Positions 1 to 9,335 of a stretch of 64,000 nucleotides of DNA are shown piece by piece. A program made the position numbers and the translations under genes. How positions within the stretch are numbered: position 1 is the stretch's first letter; each line of letters opens with the position of its first letter. The notes under the pieces are model-generated. The model saw only the letters and a list, made by a program, of their open reading frames with translations, was not told the origin of the DNA and did not search any database. Source of the DNA: Desulfatiglandales bacterium (GTDB taxonomy: Bacteria; Desulfobacterota; DSM-4660; Desulfatiglandales; HGW-15); the NCBI GenBank assembly GCA_963667015.2, contig CAXXJJ010000004.1, positions 1,376,001-1,440,000 on the forward strand. Reading direction: 5' to 3'.

Positions 1-3000
1 GAATATGACAGTGCCCCCTTCCACCTGCTGAACCCGGAACGCCTGCCCATTCCTCTGCCCTTTCTGCCGGATGTCTGGCGCTCAGCTAAATCCACTGCCT
101 TGAACCTGTTTTCTATTCCTCTTCTGAGGGCAGCAAAACTGTCGTTCGAGATCTTTCCTTTCCATACACCGTTCCACAACCTCTCAGCCAGTTCTACTGA
201 ACTGCTTTTTGAGATATCCATAAGGCTGAAAAAATCAAATTTCGCCTTTGAATCAGTGAAGAGGTCATCAAGTGAATCAGGGTTTTCTTCTGTTCGCGAC
301 TGACCGAGAAGCTCCAGCTCCGGTTCAAAGCAGAATGCTGTCCTCTGTTTTTCAAAACCTGTCCAGATGAGATCGCTCTCCTGCATTATCCTGTCAAGGT
401 ATGCCCCCTTGTAATCCCTTAACCGGGAAGGAAGTATGGCAGTCTCCCAGAATTCAGCAGCAAGAGGAAGACACAGAAGCTGTTCCATGCACCTGAAAAG
501 GCCGTCAATACCATTATCAGGCTTCACAAGCCCCTGATACATGGCAAGGAACAGAGGCAGGCATTCTGTTTCAAGGGGATCAAATACCGGTACAGCCCTG
601 GCTCTTTTTATCCTTAACAGTATTTCATAGTTTTCACTGTCGCAGAAAAACATGTCCTGACTTCCTGCGATCAGGTTTCCGGTTATAACATCATTTGAGT
701 CCGCAAGACTGTCAAGCAAAGGCTGGAGATCATGTGTACCAATCCCAAGCACACCGGATATCTTTTCTATTGTTATTGGTCCATAGAACCTGAGCCATTC
801 GGAAAACAGAGTTGTAAAAATCTCATCAGGTGTTTTATCACCATTTAATTCATTTCTATTGCCCGCATCAAAGGAAAGTTTGCCTCCTGAATACAGTTCA
901 ATCCTGAGATCAATATTGAAATTACTGAATGCCTTTTCTATCAGCCATAAAGCTTCAAGAGAGGCAACCAGAGGCTTATCAAGATCAGACACATAGATAT
1001 GGATAAGTTTCCCCCTGACAGGTTCAATAATTATTTCTGCTTTTTCACCTGTGTCCCTTTCAATAGCAGCAAATAACTCTTCCCACTCTTCAGGGGGAAT
1101 AAATATCCGTTCCTTGACCCAGTCCAGGAGTTCATCCGGGTCCTGTGGTGAATAACCTGCGTATAATCTCTGCCTCTTTAGTTCAAATTCCCTGATAATA
1201 TCAGGGTCCACTGCAGGACGGAGTTCGGGGTCAGAAATAACCTCCTGCAACAGATCGCCCCTGGTCGCCGATGTATCTGACGCAGGCTGGTCCAGTTCGT
1301 ACATATACTGGTTTATCTGGTTCCATGCGATATTGGAGGCAAAGGGGCTTGGCCTTAGTGTGTTTGCAACAGACCACCTTATTACACCTGATGAGAGTTC
1401 ACCCAGCATCATCCTGAGGTTTTCAAGGTCAAATTCATCATTAAGGCATGTTCGCCATGTCTCCATGAGGATAGGAAAATCATCAAATTTTATCACCTTT
1501 TCGAGGAGTTTTTTTGAACGAAGCCTGGTCATCCATAAGGGCATTCTCTCGGTTATTTTATTCCGGGTAATGAGCAGTGCCCTTCCTGCACATTCCCTGA
1601 ACCTGGCCCCGAAGAAGCCTGATTTTTCGAGCTGTTTTTTAAGATAAAAATCAAGGGTTGATTCGGTTACCAGTGACAGGATTTCTTCAGATTCTATATT
1701 GCTTTCGAGCTGGAACACGATGGAGTCATTGCCCGGAAAAATCTCCAGGTATTCGCCGTATTTCTCCATCCAGGCGGCATTGATCGCCATTGCATAGGGC
1801 CTGTTGAGCCTTCCTCCCCACAGTGTATGTATTACAAGCTGGTTTCCGGGAACACCCGCAGGCCCGGTGTTTACCTGTTCAAACAGGATGTGATGGCGAT
1901 GGGGAAGGTCGGTGCCTGTAAACTCCTTCTGCCTTTTCATAAAACCGGCAAGCTCACCTGATGATGTTTCATCCATAAAGTGGTGTTCTCTCAGGAATTC
2001 CTCAAAATCACTGTCATCCAGCCGGTCATTTGCCATCTCAAGAAACGATGATATCCTGTCAGAAAAATAGAAATCACGGTTCAGTTCATTGCTCCGCCAG
2101 AATGGAGTATCCATGATTGACGAACCGGATGGTGTTACAAAGACATCATTATGGGTTATCTTATGTATCTTCCAGTTTCCTGTACCGAATGTTACAAGCT
2201 GCCCGGTACGTGCCTCCCACACAAACTCCTCGTCCAGTTCTCCGATTAAGGCGCCTGTATCTTTATGCCTCAGCTTATAGTATCCACGATCGGGGATGGT
2301 CCCTCCTGACATATAGACGGAAAGCAGCGCTCCTTTTTTGGCCTTTACCCGGTTGTCGATTCTATCGATAGATATGCGGGGATTGAGCTCCCTGATCCTG
2401 CTGTCGCTGTATTTGCCTGCAAGCATATCAAGCACCAGATCAAACTGCACCCTTGAAAGATCCCTGTATGGATAGCTGGTGCGTATCCACATGTAGAGAT
2501 CATCAATATCCCAGGTCTCTACTCCTGTCATTGAGATGAGCACCTGGGAAAGCACATCCAGCGGACATTTTACAGTCTCAACCTGTTCTATGTCCTGTGA
2601 CACAACAGCCTCTGCAAGGACGGCACCTTCAAGAAAATCATGATCATGGGTAGGGAAAAGGGTGCATCTGCTGATTTCTCCGACCCTGTGACCTGCCCTT
2701 CCGATCCGCTGTATGGCAGATGAGATGGTGGATGGTGACTGGAGAAGAACCACCTCATCGAGCGCGCCTATATCAATCCCCATCTCAAGGGAGCTTGTTG
2801 CCACTATGGCCCTGAGTTCTCCCTTCTTGAGCTTCTGCTCTACCTCTGTCCGGATCTCCCTTGAGAGGGACCCGTGATGGGCATAGGCCATATTATGATC
2901 CTCCCCCTGGTTTATCATGTAGGTGATCTTTTCACACAGACGGCGGCTGTTGGTAAAAATAAGGGTGGATCTGTTTTTTCTTATCACCTCCCGGCATTCA

Positions 3001-3794
3001 TCTGCCAGAAAATCCCATATTGAATCCTGGGGCGGCCTGTTGACGGCATCCTCAGGAAAGGAAATAAGTACCCTGTATTCTTTTATTTCATCAGACCGGA
3101 TCATGGACACACTGCGGGGTGTAAACACAGGCAGGAGCGGATTACCTTTTACCTGAAAACCACCGACAAACCCGGCCACCTTTTTGAGAGGACGGACTGT
3201 TGCCGAAAGTGTTATCCTCTGGAACTCACCTGAAAGCCTTACAATACGGTCAACAGCAGTAATAAGGTGCACACCCCGCTTATCGCCCACTACTGCATGA
3301 ATCTCATCAAGTATGACGGTTTTTATACCGGTAAGTATAGATCTCCCGCTCTTTGAACTTAACAGGAGGTTAAGGCTCTCAGGGGTTGTTATTAATATCT
3401 CGGGAGGGTGTCTGACCATATGTCTTCGGTCCGACTGTGATGTGTCGCCGCTCCGGGTCATTACACCTATGCGGGGAAAGGCTTCACCCTCTGATTCAAA
3501 GAGACTGTTAAGTTCCTCAAGGGGTTGTATGAGGTTTTGCTTTATATCATTGTTAAGTGCCTTAAGGGGAGAGACATAGAGGACGCGGGTTGTACCGGCT
3601 TCCCATTTACCGGTAAGGAGCCGGTTTATTGCCCATAAAAAGGCAGTAAGGGTCTTTCCGCTTCCGGTCGGAGCAGTTATTAACACATTACTGCCCGAGG
3701 CAATCTCGGGCCATGACTTTTTCTGGATATCGGTGGGACTGCCGACACTCTCTTTAAACCATTTAACAATGAGGGGATGGAAGATATTTTCCAT
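1..3794 (-). CDS. lhr: Lhr-family DEAD/DEAH-box ATP-dependent helicase, long form; 3' end runs off the window
   Basis: Translated by hand (absent from the ORF track because truncated): ATG at 3794, MENIFHPLIVKWF...TAPTGSGKT (Walker A), YVSPLKALNNDI, VILDEIHA, LSAT, HHGSLS, ATSSLEMGIDIG, QRIGRAGH. The same frame reads ...RRSGFSRWKGALSY at position 1, so >1260 aa. Confidence 0.9.
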   Translation of the reverse strand, partial: MENIFHPLIVKWFKESVGSPTDIQKKSWPEIASGSNVLITAPTGSGKTLTAFLWAINRLLTGKWEAGTTRVLYVSPLKALNNDIKQNLIQPLEELNSLFESEGEAFPRIGVMTRSGDTSQSDRRHMVRHPPEILITTPESLNLLLSSKSGRSILTGIKTVILDEIHAVVGDKRGVHLITAVDRIVRLSGEFQRITLSATVRPLKKVAGFVGGFQVKGNPLLPVFTPRSVSMIRSDEIKEYRVLISFPEDAVNRPPQDSIWDFLADECREVIRKNRSTLIFTNSRRLCEKITYMINQGEDHNMAYAHHGSLSREIRTEVEQKLKKGELRAIVATSSLEMGIDIGALDEVVLLQSPSTISSAIQRIGRAGHRVGEISRCTLFPTHDHDFLEGAVLAEAVVSQDIEQVETVKCPLDVLSQVLISMTGVETWDIDDLYMWIRTSYPYRDLSRVQFDLVLDMLAGKYSDSRIRELNPRISIDRIDNRVKAKKGALLSVYMSGGTIPDRGYYKLRHKDTGALIGELDEEFVWEARTGQLVTFGTGNWKIHKITHNDVFVTPSGSSIMDTPFWRSNELNRDFYFSDRISSFLEMANDRLDDSDFEEFLREHHFMDETSSGELAGFMKRQKEFTGTDLPHRHHILFEQVNTGPAGVPGNQLVIHTLWGGRLNRPYAMAINAAWMEKYGEYLEIFPGNDSIVFQLESNIESEEILSLVTESTLDFYLKKQLEKSGFFGARFRECAGRALLITRNKITERMPLWMTRLRSKKLLEKVIKFDDFPILMETWRTCLNDEFDLENLRMMLGELSSGVIRWSVANTLRPSPFASNIAWNQINQYMYELDQPASDTSATRGDLLQEVISDPELRPAVDPDIIREFELKRQRLYAGYSPQDPDELLDWVKERIFIPPEEWEELFAAIERDTGEKAEIIIEPVRGKLIHIYVSDLDKPLVASLEALWLIEKAFSNFNIDLRIELYSGGKLSFDAGNRNELNGDKTPDEIFTTLFSEWLRFYGPITIEKISGVLGIGTHDLQPLLDSLADSNDVITGNLIAGSQDMFFCDSENYEILLRIKRARAVPVFDPLETECLPLFLAMYQGLVKPDNGIDGLFRCMEQLLCLPLAAEFWETAILPSRLRDYKGAYLDRIMQESDLIWTGFEKQRTAFCFEPELELLGQSRTEENPDSLDDLFTDSKAKFDFFSLMDISKSSSVELAERLWNGVWKGKISNDSFAALRRGIENRFKAVDLAERQTSGRKGRGMGRRSGFSRWKGALSY

Positions 3795-3803
3795 TATTGC
3801 AGG

Positions 3804-3888
3804 AGCTTTCAGCTGTCAGCATTCAGCTGTCAGCCTGTCTTTGTTTTAAAGTCTTTTGCTGAAAGCTGACCGCTGACTGCTGATCGCT
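3804..3888. repeat. Inverted repeat whose arms are tandem 7-bp units (AGCNNTC repeats ... GCTGANN repeats)
   Basis: Left arm AGCTTTC AGCTGTC AGCATTC AGCTGTC AGC (3804-3834); right arm GCTGAAA GCTGACC GCTGACT GCTGATC GCT (3858-3888); 23-nt AT-rich loop. Confidence 0.85.
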
Positions 3889-3958
3889 ATATTATATTGC
3901 ATGATTTTCAGGGGTAACAAAAACTGGTTATTATTTGATATTTACCCTGTTCAACCCG

Positions 3959-4741
3959 TTATTTGCCTGTTTCAAACCGGAATTCCTGGTCAGGATCGAC
4001 AACGGCAAGTACCCTTACGATACAGCCGTCGCCGCCGTCCCAGCGCCACGGGAAGGCCATGAAGAAACATCTTTTGCCGGTTACCTCATCAAGGTCGCCA
4101 CCGATGTTCTCGATGCCGGGGATATGGCCTTTAACCATAAGATTTTTATGGCCCGTCTCCCATCCCGGGAAATCTTCCTTTGGATCCCTTCCTGTTTCCG
4201 CCTTGTATTCATCTATAAGATGGGGCTGGGATGGTCCTAGACCATGGTCAACCAGCTTGGTTGCTATGGGATGGTCGTTGGCCTGATGCCCATAGCCGAC
4301 AAGTTTAATCTTTTTATCAACAAGCCACTGGGCGCCTTCGCCGTAAATACCGCAGCCATAGGCAAAGTATTCATCTGTATCTGCCCATTTGTGATGGAAA
4401 CCGGTATTGATCATTACAATATCGCCTTCCTGGATTTTCGGACGTGCATTTTCCAGATCTTCGGCGGTTATTACCCCCCATTTTCCCTTTGGTATGGAAA
4501 CCGCAACACCGGTTCCGGCAAGCTGCCACAGGGGATAATCGGATATGCCCGGGGTATTTTCAGTAACATGAATAGGGGCATCCATGTGTGTACACCTGTG
4601 CATGATGCCTTCCCAGTTTACCTGATAGATACCGTCCTTGGCATGAAATTTATCGACGGTAACATTTACACCGGGAGTTGAAGGCCATTCCGGCATATGC
4701 TGATGAAAAGAATGGCTTAAATTATATATCTGAAGACTCAT
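3959..4741 (-). CDS. Cyclase/kynurenine formamidase (KynB-like) family metallohydrolase, paralog B
   Basis: Variant HxGTHxDxPxH motif HRCTHMDAPIH; also GDIVMINTG, IENIGGDL, PWRWDGGDGCIVR. Confidence 0.85.
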   Translation of the reverse strand: MSLQIYNLSHSFHQHMPEWPSTPGVNVTVDKFHAKDGIYQVNWEGIMHRCTHMDAPIHVTENTPGISDYPLWQLAGTGVAVSIPKGKWGVITAEDLENARPKIQEGDIVMINTGFHHKWADTDEYFAYGCGIYGEGAQWLVDKKIKLVGYGHQANDHPIATKLVDHGLGPSQPHLIDEYKAETGRDPKEDFPGWETGHKNLMVKGHIPGIENIGGDLDEVTGKRCFFMAFPWRWDGGDGCIVRVLAVVDPDQEFRFETGK

Positions 4742-4780
4742 ATTATTATTCCTCGTTATTTATAAATTTACTTTTTGACC

Positions 4781-5587
4781 CTATTCTTTACCGGAATCAA
4801 TGCGGGTTTTTCCTTCCGGATCGATCATGGCAACAAACCTTACCGGGCATGCATCACCATACCTGAACTTCCATGGTGTGGCCACAAAGGTAGCCCTTTT
4901 CCCGATAAGCAGATCAACATCACCGCCGACCTGCTCGATTGTGGGTATGTTGGCTCCCAGAAGGGTCTTATGTGCAACGTTCCATTCCGGGAATTCCTTT
5001 CGGGCATCTCTGCCTGTCTCTGCCTCATAGGCAGCAGCCAGTCTTTTCATGGTTGGTCCCCCCCTGTGCGGACCGAGTGAGGTGGCCAGAGGGCAGTCAA
5101 TCTGCTGTGTGTCTACAGCAACCATTTTACACTCTTTTGCCACGAGCCATTCGGCCGCATCCCTTGAAAGTCCCGGGCATTCCCCGAAATATTCTATGGA
5201 ATCGGAATATTTATGGTGCCATCCAGTTACAATGACGACGATATCGCCTTTCTTAACCCCGGGCTTTGCAGCCTCAAGGTCCTTTGCAGTGATAACCTCA
5301 TATTTACCCCTGGGTATTCCAAGGACAACGCCGTTTCCGAAAAACCTGTCTTCGGGAATTGATTCCAGATCCGCTCCCTTCTGGATCATGTGAATGGGTG
5401 CGTTCATGTGAGTACCTGTATGCATTACAGTATTTATCTTCCAGGCCAGTACACCGTGCTGAGCATGCTTTACCGAACGGAACATCCTGACATCAGTCTG
5501 TCCCGGATAGGATGGAACACCGTGCCCCCAGGGATGACTGAGGTCAAGAAACTGAAGGCCTGAATAAGGGTCAGAAACAAATGACAT
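4781..5587 (-). CDS. Cyclase/kynurenine formamidase (KynB-like) family metallohydrolase, paralog A
   Basis: DLSHP at the N-terminus, HTGTHMNAPIH motif, GDIVVIVTGW, PWKFRYGDACPVR. Confidence 0.85.
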   Translation of the reverse strand: MSFVSDPYSGLQFLDLSHPWGHGVPSYPGQTDVRMFRSVKHAQHGVLAWKINTVMHTGTHMNAPIHMIQKGADLESIPEDRFFGNGVVLGIPRGKYEVITAKDLEAAKPGVKKGDIVVIVTGWHHKYSDSIEYFGECPGLSRDAAEWLVAKECKMVAVDTQQIDCPLATSLGPHRGGPTMKRLAAAYEAETGRDARKEFPEWNVAHKTLLGANIPTIEQVGGDVDLLIGKRATFVATPWKFRYGDACPVRFVAMIDPEGKTRIDSGKE

Positions 5588-5630
5588 AGTAACCTCTCTT
5601 TTTTAATTAAAATAATTGCAAATATAATAA

Positions 5631-5658
5631 CTTATCAATACTTTATAAAATTGATAAG
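5631..5658. promoter_or_regulatory. Palindrome between the cyclase promoter and start codon (operator or leader hairpin)
   Basis: CTTATCAAT-N10-ATTGATAAG, perfect 9-bp arms. Confidence 0.45.
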
Positions 5659-5677
5659 AATTAATTAACCGAATGGA

Positions 5678-5706
5678 AGTTTATGGAGTTTCCTCTTTTA
5701 TGTCAA
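5678..5706 (-). promoter_or_regulatory. sigma70-type promoter for the cyclase pair
   Basis: Minus strand TTGACA-17 nt-TAAACT. Confidence 0.6.
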
Positions 5707-5783
5707 TGAATAAGTCCGGTGACAGGCCTTAAAAAATTATAAAGATCAGAATCTGTTCTATTGAGAAAACAATAAGTTAAAGA

Positions 5784-6383
5784 TCAGATACAGTCCAGGA
5801 AGCACCTGCCTATTTCTTCCCATGTTTTACATCTCAGGATTCCCGGCTGCAGTTTACAGTTCCTGTTCCATGGCCGATCAAAAAGGATCACAGGCCTGTT
5901 CATCCTTTGCCTGATAAATCGCACCATATCCACCGAATCCTCTATGGCAAGACTGAATTCCATTTCGGCAAACCGGTCAAGGGTGATGGCTATATTCTTA
6001 TCCACAACTGGCCTGGAATATTTATCCACCATAATAAAGGAATCAAAAGGGACACTATTGCGCCTTAGCCATTCAAGGCTTGATTCATATGTGGATGTCA
6101 GCCGCCCGGTAACAACCATTATTTCGAAACCCCTGGCCGACCAGGAGTTGAGCACATCAATAGAGCCTTCAACAGGTTCAAGTTCCAGTATTATTTCGGG
6201 CCTGTGAACCAGGCTGAAGAAATATTCATACTCGCTGTCGGAAAGAGTAAATGAATCCTGGAGGTTAAAGGAGGTGATGCCTTCAAAGTCAACGGTCCTT
6301 CCGAATTCTCGTTTTAATATATCAACATAATGGCAGGTGGTTTTTGCAATGACATCATCCAGGTCAACGTAGATAAAAGGCAA
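5784..6383 (-). CDS. HAD-superfamily 5'(3')-deoxyribonucleotidase (NT5C-like)
   Basis: Motif I YVDLDDVIA, motif II VVTGR, AIEDS, and C-terminal LFDRPWN typical of NT5C/YorS-like proteins. Confidence 0.75.
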   Translation of the reverse strand: MPFIYVDLDDVIAKTTCHYVDILKREFGRTVDFEGITSFNLQDSFTLSDSEYEYFFSLVHRPEIILELEPVEGSIDVLNSWSARGFEIMVVTGRLTSTYESSLEWLRRNSVPFDSFIMVDKYSRPVVDKNIAITLDRFAEMEFSLAIEDSVDMVRFIRQRMNRPVILFDRPWNRNCKLQPGILRCKTWEEIGRCFLDCI

Positions 6384-6397
6384 AACAGATCCCTGTG

Positions 6398-7084
6398 TTA
6401 TTCTTCTTCAATTACTTTTACATCGCCGGGAACCTTAAAATCAAAAAAGCCGTCATCAATGTCATTCCTCTGCTCAAATACCCCCAGCCTGAACCTTGTG
6501 ATGTTGCCAGCAATGTCTATTATCTCAATCCTGGTTATCCTGTAATCCGTTGCTGATACTGTAACATTGATGGAATCTATCTCCTCCAGTGATTCCTTTG
6601 GAGTCAGTGCAAGGGTATGCTCTTCAGTATCCCCGGATTCGGCGATTGTAACATCAAAGGCATCTTCCGGGTTCTTCAACCCCATAAATATCATTGATAA
6701 TATGGAAAGCTCCTTACCCATATCATCAAACCTGTAGGCAGTCTTTTCTTCAGGCACATACCACCATATGGTTTTGCCATTGGAAAACACATACTCTATA
6801 CGGGGAACATCCTGCTGCACCTTTAAAAAATCCGGTCCCTTAAAAAAGAAAGCCCCCGAGGCCATGTCTGACCCGATACCCTCTTCCAGCATTGCCATGG
6901 ATTTTGAGAGTATCTCTCGCTGGTAGGAAACGGTCATACCTGCGGCGAACTTTTTGTGGGCGTCAACTACCTTTTCCAGGATATTGCTGACCTTTGTTTC
7001 TGCATGAACAGGCAGACATGCCAGTATGAACACAATAATCAATGATATAACAACCCCTGATTTTTTATTGAAAATATGAACCAT
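6398..7084 (-). CDS. lolA: Outer-membrane lipoprotein carrier protein LolA
   Basis: Signal peptide (PVHA-E), SG.FFFKGP, SNGKTIWWY, C-terminal FDFKVPGDVKVIE; directly downstream of ftsK. Confidence 0.85.
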   Translation of the reverse strand: MVHIFNKKSGVVISLIIVFILACLPVHAETKVSNILEKVVDAHKKFAAGMTVSYQREILSKSMAMLEEGIGSDMASGAFFFKGPDFLKVQQDVPRIEYVFSNGKTIWWYVPEEKTAYRFDDMGKELSILSMIFMGLKNPEDAFDVTIAESGDTEEHTLALTPKESLEEIDSINVTVSATDYRITRIEIIDIAGNITRFRLGVFEQRNDIDDGFFDFKVPGDVKVIEEE

Positions 7085-7123
7085 ATTTATACCTTTCTTA
7101 GTGTCCCGTTTCCGGATACTGAT

Positions 7124-9328
7124 TTAGTCCCTTCTGCCTATAACATCCCTTGCCTTAACTCCGTCGGACGGACCTACAATCCCTTCCTTTTCCATTATCT
7201 CTATCATCCTTGCAGCCCGGTTATATCCGACCCTGAGCTTTCTCTGAATCATGGATATGGATGCCTGGCCTGTCTGAATAACGATATCCACTGCCATATC
7301 GTATTTTTCATCCTTTTCGAGTTCTTCCTCTATCTCGGTCTCATCCTTTGACACATGCTCAACAATGCTTGTATCATAATCGGGTTTCATCTGTTCCTTG
7401 AGAAAGTCTGTTACCCTCTTCACCTCTTCTTCGGAGATATATGCCCCGTGTATCCTTGTAAGTTTTCCAACACCCGGCGGCATAAACAGCATGTCACCCT
7501 CGCCCAGAAGATGCTCTGCACCGTTTGTATCAAGAATAGTCCTTGAATCGACCTTTGAACTCACCTGAAAGGATATCCTTGTAGGGAAATTTGCCTTTAT
7601 TATACCGGTAAGAACATCAACAGACGGTCTCTGTGTTGCGATAATGAGATGTATGCCTGCGGCCCTTGCCATCTGGGCAAGGCGTGTGATAGATTCCTCC
7701 ACATCCCTTGATGAAACCATCATGAGGTCCGCAAGCTCGTCTATAACCAGTATTATATAAGGAAGGGGTTTTCCTATACCCTCGTCTCCTCCCACTGCGG
7801 TCGCAGCCTTCTGCTTTACTATCTTTTTATTATATGCATCTATATTCCGGACCCCCCTGTCCGAAAGAAGCATATATCGTCTTTCCATCTCCTGAACTGC
7901 CCATTTCAGTGCCCTTGTGGCCACCTTCGGCTCTGTTACAACAGGGTGCAGAAGGTGGGGGATATCCTTGTATACAGACAGCTCTATGCGCTTGGGATCT
8001 ATCATGAGGAGTTTTGCCTTGTCAGGAGGCAGTTTAAAGAGCAGGCTGTTGATCATTGCATTGAGAGAAACACTCTTTCCTGTTCCCGTGGCTCCTGCAA
8101 CAAGGAGATGAGGCATCCTTACCAGATCAGATATTACAGGTGTGCCGGTAATATCCATACCCAGTGCAATGGTCAGTTTGTTGCTTGAATCCTTGAACTC
8201 ATTGGTTGAAAATACTTCCTTTAAATAGACATGATCCCGTTTGTTATTGGCGATCTCTATACCTATGGCAGCCTTGCCAGGAAGCGGTGCAACTATGCGT
8301 ACACTGGGGGCCCTGAGGGCAAGGGTAAGATCATCGGCAAGCCCGGCCACCTTGCTGATTTTAATACCAGGGGCAGGCTTGTATTCATACATGGTAATTA
8401 CAGGCCCCGGCGAAATCTCCACAACCTCACCCTGCACGCCAAAATCAGCAAGCTTCTTCTCAAGCCGCCTTGCATTCATTTCAAGGCTTTCCTTCTGGAT
8501 ATCAACCCATTTTTCACTGGGAGGATCATCAAGGAGATCGGTTGAGGGCAGTTTGAAACCGCCGGTATCCATGAAGGAAAAGGCCTCCTGTTCAGGTTTC
8601 TTATAATTTTCCCTTTTGGGTTCAACAATCTTGACCTTTGCCCTTGGTTTTTTCTTCTCCTCTTCAATTGCAATTTTTCTTACGCGGCTCTTCCTTTTCT
8701 TTTCAATTTTTTTTGTCCGGTATTCCTTGATTGTTCTGTAGGTAAAGATAAACCAGAGGGAAATCTTTGAAAAGAGCCAGCCAAGGGATATGCGGGTGCA
8801 GATCATAAATGCAATAATAAAAATGGTAATAAGAAGTACGTTTGCGCCAAAATTATTCAGCACACTGGAAAGAAAGTCAGCCGTAGAAGAACCGATCCAG
8901 CCGCCGCTTCCGCTTCCCAGTTCACCGCCCCTGTACACAACTGCTCCGGGAAACTGAAGACTCATTATCCCTGAAAAGGATATCAGCAGTATTAAGACCG
9001 CTACAAGATACCCGAATGGAGGTATCAGGGGCTTTGCACTGAATGACAGAACTGCCATGATCAGAAAAACAGCAATCAGCCAGAAAGAGGAAAAACCTAT
9101 CAGGTGAAACAGGTAGCCTGAAATATGCGACCCCACTGTTCCAAAGAGGTTATGCACATGACCGCCACTGCTTGACCTTACCCAGAAAAGCGGGTCATCG
9201 GAGTGAAATGTAAAGAGACTTACGCCAAGGACAATGGCAATAAGCAGAAAGATTATACCCCTGATCTCTTTTCTTATAGATCCGTAACCGGCTGCTTCAA
9301 TATCCGTTTTTTTTGTTTTCTTTTCCAC
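7124..9328 (-). CDS. ftsK: DNA translocase FtsK
   Basis: N-terminal TM region, MPHLLVAGATGTGKS, IDELADLMM, ATQRPSVDV, gamma domain QRKLRVGYNRAAR. Confidence 0.97.
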   Translation of the reverse strand: MEKKTKKTDIEAAGYGSIRKEIRGIIFLLIAIVLGVSLFTFHSDDPLFWVRSSSGGHVHNLFGTVGSHISGYLFHLIGFSSFWLIAVFLIMAVLSFSAKPLIPPFGYLVAVLILLISFSGIMSLQFPGAVVYRGGELGSGSGGWIGSSTADFLSSVLNNFGANVLLITIFIIAFMICTRISLGWLFSKISLWFIFTYRTIKEYRTKKIEKKRKSRVRKIAIEEEKKKPRAKVKIVEPKRENYKKPEQEAFSFMDTGGFKLPSTDLLDDPPSEKWVDIQKESLEMNARRLEKKLADFGVQGEVVEISPGPVITMYEYKPAPGIKISKVAGLADDLTLALRAPSVRIVAPLPGKAAIGIEIANNKRDHVYLKEVFSTNEFKDSSNKLTIALGMDITGTPVISDLVRMPHLLVAGATGTGKSVSLNAMINSLLFKLPPDKAKLLMIDPKRIELSVYKDIPHLLHPVVTEPKVATRALKWAVQEMERRYMLLSDRGVRNIDAYNKKIVKQKAATAVGGDEGIGKPLPYIILVIDELADLMMVSSRDVEESITRLAQMARAAGIHLIIATQRPSVDVLTGIIKANFPTRISFQVSSKVDSRTILDTNGAEHLLGEGDMLFMPPGVGKLTRIHGAYISEEEVKRVTDFLKEQMKPDYDTSIVEHVSKDETEIEEELEKDEKYDMAVDIVIQTGQASISMIQRKLRVGYNRAARMIEIMEKEGIVGPSDGVKARDVIGRRD

Positions 9329-9335
9329 TTTTACT

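Noticed and set aside
100..3579. Several short + strand ORFs in the ORF track
   Set aside because: All antisense to the lhr frame that the track missed because it runs off the window.
3804..3888. CRISPR array
   Set aside because: Units are 7 bp with no unique spacers, arranged as an inverted pair; no cas genes.
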